A stretch of 64,000 nucleotides of DNA from Microcoleus sp. (GTDB taxonomy: Bacteria > Cyanobacteriota > Cyanobacteriia > Cyanobacteriales > Microcoleaceae), in assembly GCA_042408215.1 (NCBI GenBank), contig JAYFMW010000020.1, forward strand, positions 64,001 to 128,000. The letters are read 5' to 3'. A model generated the notes under the pieces. That model had not been told where the DNA came from. It did no database searches and saw only the letters and a program-made list of their open reading frames with translations. A program made the translations under genes and the position numbers. Each line of letters opens with the position of its first letter. Position 1 is the first letter of the stretch. Of this stretch, positions 40,264 through 51,339 are shown piece after piece.

Positions 40264-41892
40264 ATGACCACAGAACTTGAAACTGAACTGCAAACTGCTG
40301 TTGAGCGCCGACGCAACTTTGCCATTATCTCACACCCCGACGCGGGTAAAACTACTCTGACAGAAAAGTTGCTGCTTTACGGAGGTGCTATTCATGAAGC
40401 AGGTTCTGTGAAAGCGCGGCGAGCTCAGCGACACGCTACATCCGACTGGATGGAAATGGAACAGCAGCGGGGAATTTCTATTACTTCTACTGTATTGCAG
40501 TTTGAGTATAAAAAATATCACATTAATTTGCTCGATACTCCGGGACACCAAGATTTTAGCGAAGATACTTATCGGACTCTGGCGGCGGCTGATAATGCGG
40601 TGATGTTGGAGGATGCTGCTAAGGGGTTGGAACCGCAAACTCGGAAGTTGTTTGAAGTTTGTAAGCTGCGAAGTTTGCCGATATTTACGTTCTTTAATAA
40701 GCTCGATCGCCCTAGCAGAGAACCTTTGGATTTGTTGGACGAAATTGAGCGGGAATTGGGGTTGCAGACTTATCCGGTAAATTGGCCCATCGGTACGGGC
40801 GATCGCTTTAAAGGTGTTTTCGATCGCCGTCAACGTAAAATTCACTTATTCGAGCGCAGTCAACATGGTTCCCGCGCTGCTGTCGATACGGCGATCGAAT
40901 TGGGCGATCCGCGCCTTGAGAAACTTTTGGAGCCCGATCTTTACGATCAATTTAAAGATGATTTGGAACTGCTAGATGAATTAGGGGATGAACTAGATTT
41001 AGACTTAGTTGCTGCTGGGAAAATGACGCCTGTTTTCTTTGGTAGCGCCATGAGTAATTTTGGGGTTGAGCTGTTTTTAGATGCGTTTTTAGACTATGCT
41101 CTTAAACCGATCGCCCGCAAAAGCAGTGTTGGAGAACTTCCGCCAACCTATGAAGATTTTACCGGGTTTGTGTTTAAGTTGCAAGCGAATATGGACCCAA
41201 GACATCGCGATCGGGTTGCCTTTATTCGGGTTTGTACGGGTAAGTTTGAAAAGGACATGAATGTGACTCACGCTCGCACGGGTAAAACGGTGCGTTTGTC
41301 AAGACCTCAAAAATTATTTGCTCAGGATCGAGAGTCGATCGAGGTTGCTTATCCGGGTGATGTGATTGGTTTGAATAATCCGGGAGTTTTTGCGATCGGC
41401 GATACGATTTATACTGGTCAAAAACTGGAATATGAAGGGATTCCCTGTTTTTCGCCGGAACTTTTTGCTTATTTGAGAAATCCCAATCCTTCTAAATTTA
41501 AGCAGTTCCGCAAAGGTGTTTCTGAGTTGCAGGAAGAAGGCGCTGTGCAAATTATGTATTCGGTGGATGAGTCGAAACGGGAGCCAATTTTGGCGGCTGT
41601 GGGACAGTTGCAATTTGAGGTGGTGCAGTTTAGAATGCAGTCAGAATATAATGTGGAAACCCTGATTGATATGTTACCTTATAGTGTAGCTCGCTGGGTT
41701 GATGGCGGTTGGGATGCGCTGGTAAAAGTTGGGCGGCTGTTTAATACGGTGACGGTTAAAGATAGTTGGGGAAGACCAGTTTTGCTGTTTAGAAATGAGT
41801 GGAATTGTCACCAGGTGGAAGGTGAACATCCTGTGTTGAAACTTAACTCGATCGCCCCGGTGGTTTCTGGTTTGGAAATTAGCGCTAATTGA
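40264..41892 (+). CDS. prfC: Peptide chain release factor 3
   Basis: [61 protein letters not shown]. Confidence 0.98.
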   Translation: MTTELETELQTAVERRRNFAIISHPDAGKTTLTEKLLLYGGAIHEAGSVKARRAQRHATSDWMEMEQQRGISITSTVLQFEYKKYHINLLDTPGHQDFSEDTYRTLAAADNAVMLEDAAKGLEPQTRKLFEVCKLRSLPIFTFFNKLDRPSREPLDLLDEIERELGLQTYPVNWPIGTGDRFKGVFDRRQRKIHLFERSQHGSRAAVDTAIELGDPRLEKLLEPDLYDQFKDDLELLDELGDELDLDLVAAGKMTPVFFGSAMSNFGVELFLDAFLDYALKPIARKSSVGELPPTYEDFTGFVFKLQANMDPRHRDRVAFIRVCTGKFEKDMNVTHARTGKTVRLSRPQKLFAQDRESIEVAYPGDVIGLNNPGVFAIGDTIYTGQKLEYEGIPCFSPELFAYLRNPNPSKFKQFRKGVSELQEEGAVQIMYSVDESKREPILAAVGQLQFEVVQFRMQSEYNVETLIDMLPYSVARWVDGGWDALVKVGRLFNTVTVKDSWGRPVLLFRNEWNCHQVEGEHPVLKLNSIAPVVSGLEISAN

Positions 41893-41901
41893 GGTAAAGC
41901 T

Positions 41902-42090
41902 ATGACTTTTGCTCCTGATATCACAACCGAAATTACTCATCTCCCGGAGCATACTGAACTCCCAGAAACAGATGGTTCTTTTGTGAAAAATTTTCAGGAG
42001 CATCCTCAAAGTTTTCTATTAACTGATTCCCTCGAACCAGTCCTGCAAAAGCTCCATCCAGAATGCGATCTTGTTTACGGTTGTTTCTGA
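41902..42090 (+). pseudogene. Truncated duplicate of the downstream Uma2 gene
   Basis: 41890-42062 is nearly identical to 42241-42414, then replaced by a repeat element. Confidence 0.85.
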
Positions 42091-42253
42091 ATGATTGAAC
42101 CGCAGAGAGCGCCAGAGGGCGCTGAGTCAGATCCGAGAGAGATGAAGAATTCTGCTCCCAACAGATTTGCTCTGATTATGCTATTGGTCAGGATTATTGA
42201 ACCTGAAGTATAATTGTTGAAAAAGTAGGGTAGGCACCAATTGAGGTAGAGCT

Positions 42254-43027
42254 ATGACTTTTGCTCCTGATATCACAACCGAAATTATCCGTCTACCGGA
42301 TCATACTGAACTCCCAGAAACAGATGGTACTTTTGTGAAAAATTTTCAGGAGCATCCTCAAAGCGTTCTATTAACTGATTCCCTCGAACCAGTCCTGCAA
42401 AACCTTCATCCAGAAGGTGATTATGCTATAGGTCAGGATTGTGGCATTTATTGGCGTTTGACAGAGCCTTTAGAACGTGGTGCTGAATGCCCAGATTGGT
42501 TTTATGTGCCTAATGTGCCGCCCACTATTGATGGTAAAGTGCGACGTTCTTATGTGTTGTGGCAAGAATTTATAGCGCCGCTAATTGTCTTAGAATTTGT
42601 ATCGGGAGATGGTTCGGAGGAAAGAGATAAAACTCCTGTATTTGTTTCTGAACAAGAGGGGAGAGCAAAGCCTGGTAAATTTTGGATTTATGAAAATGCG
42701 ATCCGCACTCCTTTTTATGGAATTTATGAAGTGAGTAAAGCTAGTATTGAGCTTTATCATTTAGTGGATGGACAATATCAGTTATTACCGGCTAATGAGC
42801 GTGGTCATTATCCAATTCCAGCTTTGGGAGTGGAGTTGGGAATTTGGCCAGGAGTTTATCAGAATGCGGAATTGGCTTGGTTGCGCTGGTGGGATTCTGA
42901 TGGTAATTTGTTGTTGACTGGTTGGGAAATGACAAAGTTATCAGAAGTGCGTTTAGAACAGGAACGTGCAAAATCTGAGCGGTTGGCTGAGCAATTACGA
43001 GCGGCAGGAATTGAACCCGATCTATAA
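42254..43027 (+). CDS. Uma2 (DUF820) family putative endonuclease
   Basis: LPETDG, PDWFYVP, RRSYVLW, LEFVSGDG, WLRWWD. Confidence 0.9.
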   Translation: MTFAPDITTEIIRLPDHTELPETDGTFVKNFQEHPQSVLLTDSLEPVLQNLHPEGDYAIGQDCGIYWRLTEPLERGAECPDWFYVPNVPPTIDGKVRRSYVLWQEFIAPLIVLEFVSGDGSEERDKTPVFVSEQEGRAKPGKFWIYENAIRTPFYGIYEVSKASIELYHLVDGQYQLLPANERGHYPIPALGVELGIWPGVYQNAELAWLRWWDSDGNLLLTGWEMTKLSEVRLEQERAKSERLAEQLRAAGIEPDL

Positions 43028-43159
43028 ATTAAGAGGGACTATGGCAAAAAAAGGCTTTGAGATTCTTCGCTTTGCTGAGAATGACGTAATTACATTGAAA
43101 TCCGTAAGTCATATTAAGGCTTAGGCTAAGTTAGACAAGATGCGATCGCCAGAAAAGTC

Positions 43160-45823
43160 ATGGTATCACCACCTAATCCAAATCAATCGGGTTTATCTGT
43201 GAAACAGTCTCTAGAGGCTGGAATAGCCGCTTTGAAAGGGCGGGATTACGATCGGGCGATCGCCCTTTTAGAATCTGTCGCTGAAACCGCCGCCCAGCCA
43301 CTGAGTACGCGGGCGCAGATGGGATTGGTGGCTGCATACAAAGCAACTGGTAATCTTAAAGGGTCGATCGCCCTGTGCACTTCCCTCACCAAACATCCCA
43401 ACACACAAGTCAAAACTTGGGCCGATCGCACATTAACAGAATTGAGCGATCGTCGTCCCCCAAAACCACCGGAGAATCAAGGAAAAATCCCAGAAATTCC
43501 CCCAGAAACCGGCTTAGTCGCCCCTTTGGAGCGCATAATTGTTGGCACTGAACCGCCTAAAATACCGCCCTCAGTCGATAAACCCTCAGTAGACCATAAA
43601 ACAGAATTTTTGGCTTTTGAACCGACTGTAGGGCAAATAAAGGCTAAATCGAAAGATGTTTTGCCACCACCTCCACCCCCCAAACCGCCAACTTTTAAGA
43701 CTTCCGAACCGGAAAAATCAACAGCAACCACGCCCGACACAGCAATTAGCACAGAAATTAGCGACGCAAAAAGAGCCGATTCCCCAACAGATATCCCTCC
43801 ATTGAGCAGTGCAGATTCCTACCAACTGACTTGGCGCAATCAGGGGCGCGCTCAGAATTGGCGATCGCTCAAACCGCTGAAGTTGGCGGGTTTTCGGCTA
43901 GAAGCGATCGCCTGTACGATCGCCCTATTTTTGGTAGCGCGGTTTATTTGGCAATTCCTGCTCACAACCGCTAATTCTGTGTTGCTTCAGTTTTACATCT
44001 TCACGAGACTGCCTTTTTTCGCACCAATTCAGCTTTTTTACCAGGATCAGACTCAGTTTCTCCAAATTGTGTTTGTGTTGCTGTTGGCTTTCTCTCCGTG
44101 GCTGACAGACTTACTGCTGAAACTGTTTTGCGGTATCGAACCGCTGAAGGCGACGGTTTTATTGACTCACAGCAAAGAAGCTAGTCGGGTAGTGCGAAGT
44201 TTTTGTCACAAACAAGGTATACCCGCGCCGATTCTGAAAGTTTTGCCGATCGATGTACCTGTAGCTTTAAGTTACGGCTGTTTACCACGATTTGCTCGGA
44301 TTGTGGTGAGTCAGGGGCTGTTGGATCAATTGACGGAAGATGAAATTGCGACTATTTTGGCGCGGGAATTGGGGCACATCGCCCACTGGGATTTTGCGCC
44401 GATGTCGCTGGCGGTTTTGGTAATTCAGATTCCTTACCTGATTTATTCCCAGGTGGCGCACTGGGAGGAGCGGATTTCTGGTTTAATTAAGATCGAGTTT
44501 TTCCGTCATGTGGTGAATTTTTTGGCGGCTGGGATTTCGGCCTTTTGTTACGGGATTTATAAGTTGCTGAGATGGCCGATGTTGTGGCTGTCGCGCCGCC
44601 GCGCATATTTTAGCGATCGCGCCGCTGCGGAAATTACGGGGAATCCGAATGGTTTGACGCGGGCTCTGGCTAAAATTGCGATCGGAATAGCGAGCAATAT
44701 CGAGCAACAGCAACAAACTAGCTTTTTCCTCGAAGGTTTCGATCTGCTGCTACCTGTGGGTGTCGCGCAAGCTGTAACCCTTGGTTCTGCTGCTTTACAC
44801 GCGCCTCTGGAACAGATTTTGCTGTGGGATGTCAGCAATCCTTACCGCAATTGGTTGACGGTTAACAGCACACATCCTTTAATGGGTGAGCGTTTGAAGT
44901 TGTTGGCTCTTTACGCTCAATTCTGGAAACTCGAAACTGAGCTAGATTTGGCGAGTCTGGGAACGCAGGAGCCCAGTAAGGGTAAATTCCTCATTTCTCA
45001 CCTTTTTAACTCAAAATTTTGGGCGGACAGGAAATTCTGGGCGGATCGGAAATTTTGGGCGGATCGGAAATTCTGGGCTGACAGGAAATTCTGGGCTGAC
45101 AGGAAATTCTGGGCTGACAGGAAATTCTGGGCGGGTAGAAAATTCTGGGCGGGCACGGGGGCACCGCCCCTACTGTTACAAGGTGCGCCTTTTTTTGGGA
45201 TTCCGATGAGTTTGGCGATGGTGGGGGTGCTGTGGCTGATTGGGGGGATGTTTTCGATGACGAATATCTGGCGACTGGATTGGCTTTGGGGCGATCGATC
45301 TATTGTTTGGGGCTGTTTGCCGATCGGGTTTAGTATTGGTACTTTGATGCGGATTAATTATTTCTTCCCTGACCTTAAACCTGGAAAGCTTGCTGAACCG
45401 AGTTTACCTCAAATTTTGTCAAATCTCCCGACAATACCGCTGGATGCTCAACCGGTGCGGCTCTCAGGGCAACTTTTGGGTCGATCGGGTATGGCTAATT
45501 GGCTGGGACAGGATTTGATTTTGCAGACGGCGACGGGCTTAGTGAAGTTACATTATGTTTCAAGGTTTGGCCCGATCGGCTCTTTGTGGCCGTTTTTGAT
45601 CCAAGAGACTACTCGCCCTAGCGATTTGGTGGGTAGCTGTTTTCCAAGAGGGGTGGTGGCGACGGGCTGGCTGCGACGGGGTGCTACTGTGGCGATCGAT
45701 CTTGAAACCCTCCGCAGTCAAGGCGGCATTGTCAGCAACAGCGGACATCCCATCTGGTCTGCAATTTTAGCTTTTGCTGCCGCCTTTTGGGGAGCATACA
45801 TCATTTTCCTGGGCGGGAGGTAA
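43160..45823 (+). CDS. M48/HtpX-like membrane protein with N-terminal TPR-like and Pro-rich region; degenerate Zn motif
   Basis: VSQGLL..LTEDEIATILARELGH, SRRR..SDRAA, NPNGLTRAL, THPLMGERL. Confidence 0.8.
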   Translation: MVSPPNPNQSGLSVKQSLEAGIAALKGRDYDRAIALLESVAETAAQPLSTRAQMGLVAAYKATGNLKGSIALCTSLTKHPNTQVKTWADRTLTELSDRRPPKPPENQGKIPEIPPETGLVAPLERIIVGTEPPKIPPSVDKPSVDHKTEFLAFEPTVGQIKAKSKDVLPPPPPPKPPTFKTSEPEKSTATTPDTAISTEISDAKRADSPTDIPPLSSADSYQLTWRNQGRAQNWRSLKPLKLAGFRLEAIACTIALFLVARFIWQFLLTTANSVLLQFYIFTRLPFFAPIQLFYQDQTQFLQIVFVLLLAFSPWLTDLLLKLFCGIEPLKATVLLTHSKEASRVVRSFCHKQGIPAPILKVLPIDVPVALSYGCLPRFARIVVSQGLLDQLTEDEIATILARELGHIAHWDFAPMSLAVLVIQIPYLIYSQVAHWEERISGLIKIEFFRHVVNFLAAGISAFCYGIYKLLRWPMLWLSRRRAYFSDRAAAEITGNPNGLTRALAKIAIGIASNIEQQQQTSFFLEGFDLLLPVGVAQAVTLGSAALHAPLEQILLWDVSNPYRNWLTVNSTHPLMGERLKLLALYAQFWKLETELDLASLGTQEPSKGKFLISHLFNSKFWADRKFWADRKFWADRKFWADRKFWADRKFWADRKFWAGRKFWAGTGAPPLLLQGAPFFGIPMSLAMVGVLWLIGGMFSMTNIWRLDWLWGDRSIVWGCLPIGFSIGTLMRINYFFPDLKPGKLAEPSLPQILSNLPTIPLDAQPVRLSGQLLGRSGMANWLGQDLILQTATGLVKLHYVSRFGPIGSLWPFLIQETTRPSDLVGSCFPRGVVATGWLRRGATVAIDLETLRSQGGIVSNSGHPIWSAILAFAAAFWGAYIIFLGGR

Positions 45824-46439
45824 GGAAGAAGTCATTAGTCAGTAGTCAGTAGTCATTAGTTAGAAGGATGAAAGATGAAATCATATTCTCCCCAACTCAC
45901 GCACTCTCACCCAGGCTGTGATACCTTTAAACAATGGTCGAACGCGGACTGGCCCGATTCTTGGGATATGAGGGTAAGTAAATAGTCCTCAGCATTAGGA
46001 GCGAGGTAAAGTTACTGGCTAAAAAATGTTTTAGAAGAGGTTAGCGATTTTATCCCTTGTTGTATTAAACTGAATACTGGTATCCGATCGCCTGAAATTG
46101 ACATCCTTGGAAATAAATTTCTACATTGCTGGCTATAAACATTCTGAATCAAAACCGGAAGCAAGTAACACAGAATAGCCAATAGCCTCAACATTTGAGT
46201 GATGACTAAAAGTTTACACAACAACTTGAGATTTAACAGCTCTCTGCATAGGCGGTTAAGTTCCGGCATTGCGAGAGTAAATCATCTTTTGTGCAAAGGT
46301 GAGGGGATCTGTCAAGGTTGGTCGGAGGAACGCGGAATTTCTGCGGTTGTGTTGTCTTGACCTGCGGTCAATATTCAGTTGACTTCAGGTAATGCTGTTC
46401 GATCGAACTAATTAGAATTCAAGTCTGGAGGAATCTTTC

Positions 46440-46982
46440 ATGTCTATTCGTTTATATGTGGGTAATCTACCGAAGGAACTCGATCGCCAAGAATTGCAAG
46501 AAGTTTTTGCACCGGAGGGCGAATCGGTAACAACAAAGGTAATTACCGATCGCAAAACTGGTAAATGTAGAGGATTTGGTTTCGTGACGGTGCTCACGGA
46601 CGAACAAGCCGATCAAGTTATTGAGAAATATAATGGCTTGATGTTCAAAGAAAACCCCCTAAAGATAGAGAAGGCGCTACCTCGCTCTAAGGGTAAATCG
46701 GAGAAGGGTGAAGGCGAAGAGCAGCATTCACCTGCGGCACCGCAGTTGGCTTCGGCGTCGCCGTCGCAGCCTGCGCCGCAGCCGCGCTCGGCTCCCCCTA
46801 CCCAAGGTGGAGGCGGCTCTGGTAAAAGCAATCGTCGTCGCGACAACAACAAGTCTCGTCGCAATCCAGCAGCAGCAACTTCGTCGAGCACTGATTCTGG
46901 CTCGGTACAGCCAGATCCGCGCTGGGCGAGCGCTCTGGAAGAGCTCAAGCAAAGGTTACAGGAAGCTCAGGCTACTAACTAG
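46440..46982 (+). CDS. RRM RNA-binding protein, RbpG/Rbp3 type
   Basis: RNP2 LYVGNL, RNP1 RGFGFV, long C-terminal tail with PDPRWA. Confidence 0.9.
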   Translation: MSIRLYVGNLPKELDRQELQEVFAPEGESVTTKVITDRKTGKCRGFGFVTVLTDEQADQVIEKYNGLMFKENPLKIEKALPRSKGKSEKGEGEEQHSPAAPQLASASPSQPAPQPRSAPPTQGGGGSGKSNRRRDNNKSRRNPAAATSSSTDSGSVQPDPRWASALEELKQRLQEAQATN

Positions 46983-47020
46983 GAATGTCGATCGAGTTTG
47001 GTTGACTGAATATATCTGGA

Positions 47021-47069
47021 AGTGCGATCGAAAAGGGGGAAAAATCTCTTTTTCGATCGCACTATTTTT
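47021..47069 (+). terminator. Intrinsic terminator
   Basis: AGTGCGATCGAAAAG...TTTTCGATCGCACT stem followed by a T-run. Confidence 0.75.
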
Positions 47070-47207
47070 CTGTAAGTATGTTAGTTACCTTAAGAGGTTT
47101 TCTCCGGGGCGGGTTTAACAATAAATCGAAAGATTGAAGTCAAATGTTTCAGAATTAGGAATCGGTAAACTCGCAGGTTGAAAAATAATTTTCGGCGGAG
47201 TTGATGC

Positions 47208-47630
47208 TCATACAACAGTTAAATTGTCAGCCGATGGCTGTCGAGAAATAAGGTGATCTGCTTCGGCTCCGGCTAGGGTGTTAACTGACAGGCTGTAAGG
47301 AACTTCTAGGGAGATAATTGTTTCGTTGTTACGCAGCCAATTTAATTGGGTATCTCCCGTTGTAGCAGTTGGGCTAATAGAGGTTTTAGCTCCCAATAAA
47401 TCGCCAATTAAAAAAGATAAATCCTGTTGGGGATTTGGGCTGACAGCAGGTGCGGGTACGATCGCACTTGCAGGCGCAGGAACGATCGCGATCGAACTTG
47501 CAGGTGCTGGCTGAATTTGAGCTACAGGCAGGGTTTCAGAGGCTTGAGGGGCTGTCAAAGCAGGATTTGGCGCGATCCGAAGGTTGGGGGCGATCGCAGG
47601 TTGAGAGGCGAGGAAGGAGGTGCGGGGGCA
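47208..47630 (-). pseudogene. Possible remnant of a Pro/Ala-rich secreted-protein gene
   Basis: Open frame with APAPAS repeats but no convincing start; its 5' part runs into a CGCAGATG-type repeat. Confidence 0.3.
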
Positions 47631-47717
47631 GGAATATAAATGAACGCAGATGAAATTCCATCTGCTTTCATCTGCGTTTATCTGCTTAATATCTGCGGTA
47701 AAAAACTCCCAATCCAA

Positions 47718-49787
47718 CTACTTCGCCGCAGGTAAAGACAACTGAGGCGAAGCTTTAGGATACTTTCCATTCCCGGAAATCACAGCCGGTTCCTGGGAAA
47801 GCAAAAACTCACGAATTAGTCGAGTTACTGCTCTTTGAGCTAAACCGCCGACTACTTGCTGGCCCATATTCTGCACTTCTGGTTTCACCAACAACTGCGG
47901 AAGTAGCTGTAATACTTTCATCCCGTCAAAACCGGGAGTTGATTGCAAAATATCCCAAATCCGTTTGATGTGTTCTAAGTTTTTTTGTTCAGTTGGTGAA
48001 ACCACAGGTTGATTTGCTTTGACTCCAAACCATTCGCCCACGACTGCTTTGGCGTTAGCAAAGGCATTGTTGGAAAGTGTGTCGAGACTTTTGACTAATT
48101 CAGTGACAATGCGATCGCGAATAAAATCTCCTCTTTCAGAAAATAAATACTCTAACGCTTGGTTCAGGATTTTGCTGACATCGTAATCGTCGCTATCGCG
48201 GGCATTGTTGAGCAAGTTTTCTAAGCGGTTCCAGCGGAATTCTCCCTGTTTGAACAACAACTCTTGCAGGGATGCTCTCAATTCTGGTGCGGGGTCGCTC
48301 AACAGCCGTTTTGCAACGTAAGGATAGGCTTTGCTCAACACTTTAAATTCGGGGTCAACGTTAATTGCAATCCCTTCTAAGGTGACGAGCGATCGAATAA
48401 TCAAAGCATAGTAGGCTGGAACTCGGAAAGGATATTCGTACATCACCGCCGAGAGTTCGTCAGTAATGCTTTTGAAATTGAGTTCGGCAACGCTAGCACC
48501 CAAAGCATTGTTAAACACTCCAGCCAAGGCCGGAATAATTGGTGTCAAATCGGTGTCTGGTGTTAAAAATTCCAACTTGACATAATCTTTTGCTAAACCT
48601 TCAAAGTCGCGGTTCACCAAATGCACTACAGCTTCTAATAAGCCGTATCGCTGATAAGGTTTCACTTCGCTCATCATTCCGAAATCGAGATAAGCTAATT
48701 GACCGTCAGGAGTTGCCAAAAGATTGCCTGGATGGGGGTCTGCGTGAAAAAAACCATGTTCTAGGAGTTGTCTGAGAGAACACTGCACCCCCACTTCAAT
48801 TAAGTAAGGAGCGTCTATTCCTTGAGCCTTGACAGCTTCTAAATTAGTGAGTTTGACGCCGGTGATCCACTCCATTGTTAAGACGCGGCGGCGGGTATAT
48901 TCCCAGTAGATGCTGGGAACGTAAATGTCTTTGATGTAGCCGTATAGTTCGGCAAACCGTTCGGCATTTTGACCTTCGTGGGTGTAGTCCATTTCTTCGT
49001 AAATTCGCTCGCCCAATTCGTCCATAATTCCTGCGAGGTCGCTGCGAATTATTTTGAAGGTGTTTTGTGCCCAAAGTGCGACGCGCCGCAGGATGTAGAT
49101 GTCTAAACCAATGTTTTCGGCTAAGCCTGGTCGCTGGACTTTGATTGCGACTGTTTCTCCGGTTTTGAGTTTGCCTTTGTAGACTTGTCCGAGAGATGCT
49201 GCTGCGATCGGATCTGGGCTAATTTCTGCGTAGATTTCGTGAGGATGGGCACCCAATTCTTCTTGGATAAATTGATAGGCTACTTCGTTGGGAAAGGCTG
49301 GCAATTGGTCTTGCAGCGTTGTTAGTTCTTCTAAATATACTGGCGGTACTAAGTCGGGCCTGGTTGAGAGTGCTTGTCCGATTTTGATGAAAGCGGGGCC
49401 GAGTTCGCTGAGAATTTCTCGCAGTCGGGCGGCGCGACGCTTTTCGTTGGTGGCGGTGCGGCCTGTTTTGCCGTCGAACCACAAACTGAAGGCAAAGCCG
49501 AAAAATGTCCAAACAACGCTCAGCAGCCTTCCCCAGACTTGTAGAGGCCGATTTCGGTACTGGGCTGCGATCGCCACTGGATCGTACCGAACAGCATCTC
49601 CAGCCAACTCGAAAGCTATGTCTTTGGCTGATTTGAGGACTTCGGAAGTTACGGCTTCTGTCTCTACGGCTATTGGTACTGCTTGCAGGGGAATTGTGTT
49701 TGCATCTTTGAGATTGCCGAGTACAGCCTGAGTCCCTGAATTTGCATAAGTTTGCGGGGAGGCTGGCGATACAGTCTTGACATTCAT
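47718..49787 (-). CDS. ABC1/UbiB/AarF family atypical kinase
   Basis: LGPAFIKIGQALSTRPD, AAASLGQVY, AIKVQRP, FFHADPHPGN, YLDFGMM. Confidence 0.95.
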   Translation of the reverse strand: MNVKTVSPASPQTYANSGTQAVLGNLKDANTIPLQAVPIAVETEAVTSEVLKSAKDIAFELAGDAVRYDPVAIAAQYRNRPLQVWGRLLSVVWTFFGFAFSLWFDGKTGRTATNEKRRAARLREILSELGPAFIKIGQALSTRPDLVPPVYLEELTTLQDQLPAFPNEVAYQFIQEELGAHPHEIYAEISPDPIAAASLGQVYKGKLKTGETVAIKVQRPGLAENIGLDIYILRRVALWAQNTFKIIRSDLAGIMDELGERIYEEMDYTHEGQNAERFAELYGYIKDIYVPSIYWEYTRRRVLTMEWITGVKLTNLEAVKAQGIDAPYLIEVGVQCSLRQLLEHGFFHADPHPGNLLATPDGQLAYLDFGMMSEVKPYQRYGLLEAVVHLVNRDFEGLAKDYVKLEFLTPDTDLTPIIPALAGVFNNALGASVAELNFKSITDELSAVMYEYPFRVPAYYALIIRSLVTLEGIAINVDPEFKVLSKAYPYVAKRLLSDPAPELRASLQELLFKQGEFRWNRLENLLNNARDSDDYDVSKILNQALEYLFSERGDFIRDRIVTELVKSLDTLSNNAFANAKAVVGEWFGVKANQPVVSPTEQKNLEHIKRIWDILQSTPGFDGMKVLQLLPQLLVKPEVQNMGQQVVGGLAQRAVTRLIREFLLSQEPAVISGNGKYPKASPQLSLPAAK

Positions 49788-49968
49788 AAATCAGACCTAG
49801 TGGGAAGCATTGTAAATATATTGTAACAATTTAGGGAAGAAGGGGCACAACACTGATTCGGACACGGATACACGGATGGATTTAGATCGTTCGGCGGTTG
49901 AAACCGCTTCTTGTCAAACAAAGTCCGCCTCCGCGGACTAAGAAATAGAAGTTTCAGGCGTTGCTAAT

Positions 49969-50391
49969 TTACTCGTCGCTGGAAAACAGGAGTCGATCGC
50001 AAATCTGTGACAATTGCAATTTGGTACTGACGGGCGATCGAGGTTGGGGCATTTCGGTATCGGGCCAGTGGGCTAAGTCGTTACAGGGACAGAACTCCGG
50101 GGGCATTCCCAAATCGCGGAACGGTACCGGCATCGCACAGCGGGCGCAGGGACTGATGTCCCAAGCTGGTGTCAGTAGTTGGGCTATGGTTTCGTTTGTG
50201 CCTTCCAGGTAACAGTCTCCGCTTTCGGGAGAGAGCATTTTTTGCCAGCTTTCTTCAAATTCGCTGCTGTAGCGATCGCCCGCAATTACTGGTTTGGGCA
50301 GCAGTGCTTCGGCACCGTTGCTAATTAATACTTTTTTACCTAGTTGAAACCAGTAAGCAATATATTTTCTCACTTGATGCTCAGATGCCAT
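49969..50391 (-). CDS. Hypothetical protein with CxxC motif
   Basis: ATG start, YIAYWFQLGK, CYLEGT, CARCAMP; protein-like composition. Confidence 0.7.
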   Translation of the reverse strand: MASEHQVRKYIAYWFQLGKKVLISNGAEALLPKPVIAGDRYSSEFEESWQKMLSPESGDCYLEGTNETIAQLLTPAWDISPCARCAMPVPFRDLGMPPEFCPCNDLAHWPDTEMPQPRSPVSTKLQLSQICDRLLFSSDE

Positions 50392-50793
50392 AACTTTTCT
50401 TCAACCCTTCAACCATTTTTTTATTTGAGACTTTCAAGCTTGAATTTTTACCTAGTCAATCTCGGATACAAACTCCTCCTTAAGAGGGATGTATCGAAAC
50501 AAAATATCGATTCTGCACCGGAATTTAGAGAGATAAAATTCTGGATTCTGGAGCAGTGTCTGATGATGAAAGGATGACTCTTTCTCAGGAGAGATTTGAT
50601 TGTTTACATTCTTTCACGATCGGGCTATTTACCCTCTCAAATTGTGGTGTTGGCTGCCCGATCGATATTTTTAAAAGGGCAAATTATGTACTGTTGAGTT
50701 TTCTGTCACTGCTTAGATTATACCTGATTTTGAGATCATTTTTTAGAGTTGCCAACTTAGATTTTCTTTCTTGTCGATCGCCCAGCAGGGCTA

Positions 50794-51339
50794 TTATTTT
50801 TTAGCTGGGAGCGGTGTACCCAGAGCCGTGAGATTCAAGGCGTAGCCCCCGGTGGCGAGATAAACACGATCGGCGATCGCCCCGATGTGGCGGACAAGAG
50901 TGCCGAGGCGATCGCGAAACAGCCGTCCCGCCGGATAAGCAGGCACTACTCCCCATCCGGTTTCCTCTCCTACCAAAATTACATCGGCCATCGCCACCTT
51001 CAAACTAGCGAGCAAATCTTGCTGTGTCTGTTCCCAAACAGCCGCTTCTTGTTCCAAAAGATTTGCCGTCCAAGTTCCCACCGAATCAATTAACAAGCAA
51101 TTTGAGCGATCGGCCGATCGCACAACTGCTGACAAGTCGATCGGCACTTCCAGAGTTTTCCAATCAGCCGGACGGCGATTTTTGTGAAGTTCGAGGCGAC
51201 TTTGCCATTCCAAATCGCTTGGGTCAACCTCGCCTGTAGCCACATAAATTACTGGTTTTCCCGAATCAGCAGCCATAGTTTCGGCCAATTCACTTTTGCC
51301 AGACCTGGCCGGCCCGGTCACTAAGATTATTTTAGTCAT
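50794..51339 (-). CDS. cobU: Adenosylcobinamide kinase / phosphate guanylyltransferase
   Basis: LVTGPARSGKS, YVAT, H..RRP..W, EETGWGVVP, RLFRD.LG. Confidence 0.93.
   Translation of the reverse strand: MTKIILVTGPARSGKSELAETMAADSGKPVIYVATGEVDPSDLEWQSRLELHKNRRPADWKTLEVPIDLSAVVRSADRSNCLLIDSVGTWTANLLEQEAAVWEQTQQDLLASLKVAMADVILVGEETGWGVVPAYPAGRLFRDRLGTLVRHIGAIADRVYLATGGYALNLTALGTPLPAKK

Noticed and set aside
45900..46430. Known ncRNA upstream of the rbp gene
   Set aside because: Only isolated hairpins; no recognisable RNase P, SRP, tmRNA or riboswitch motifs.
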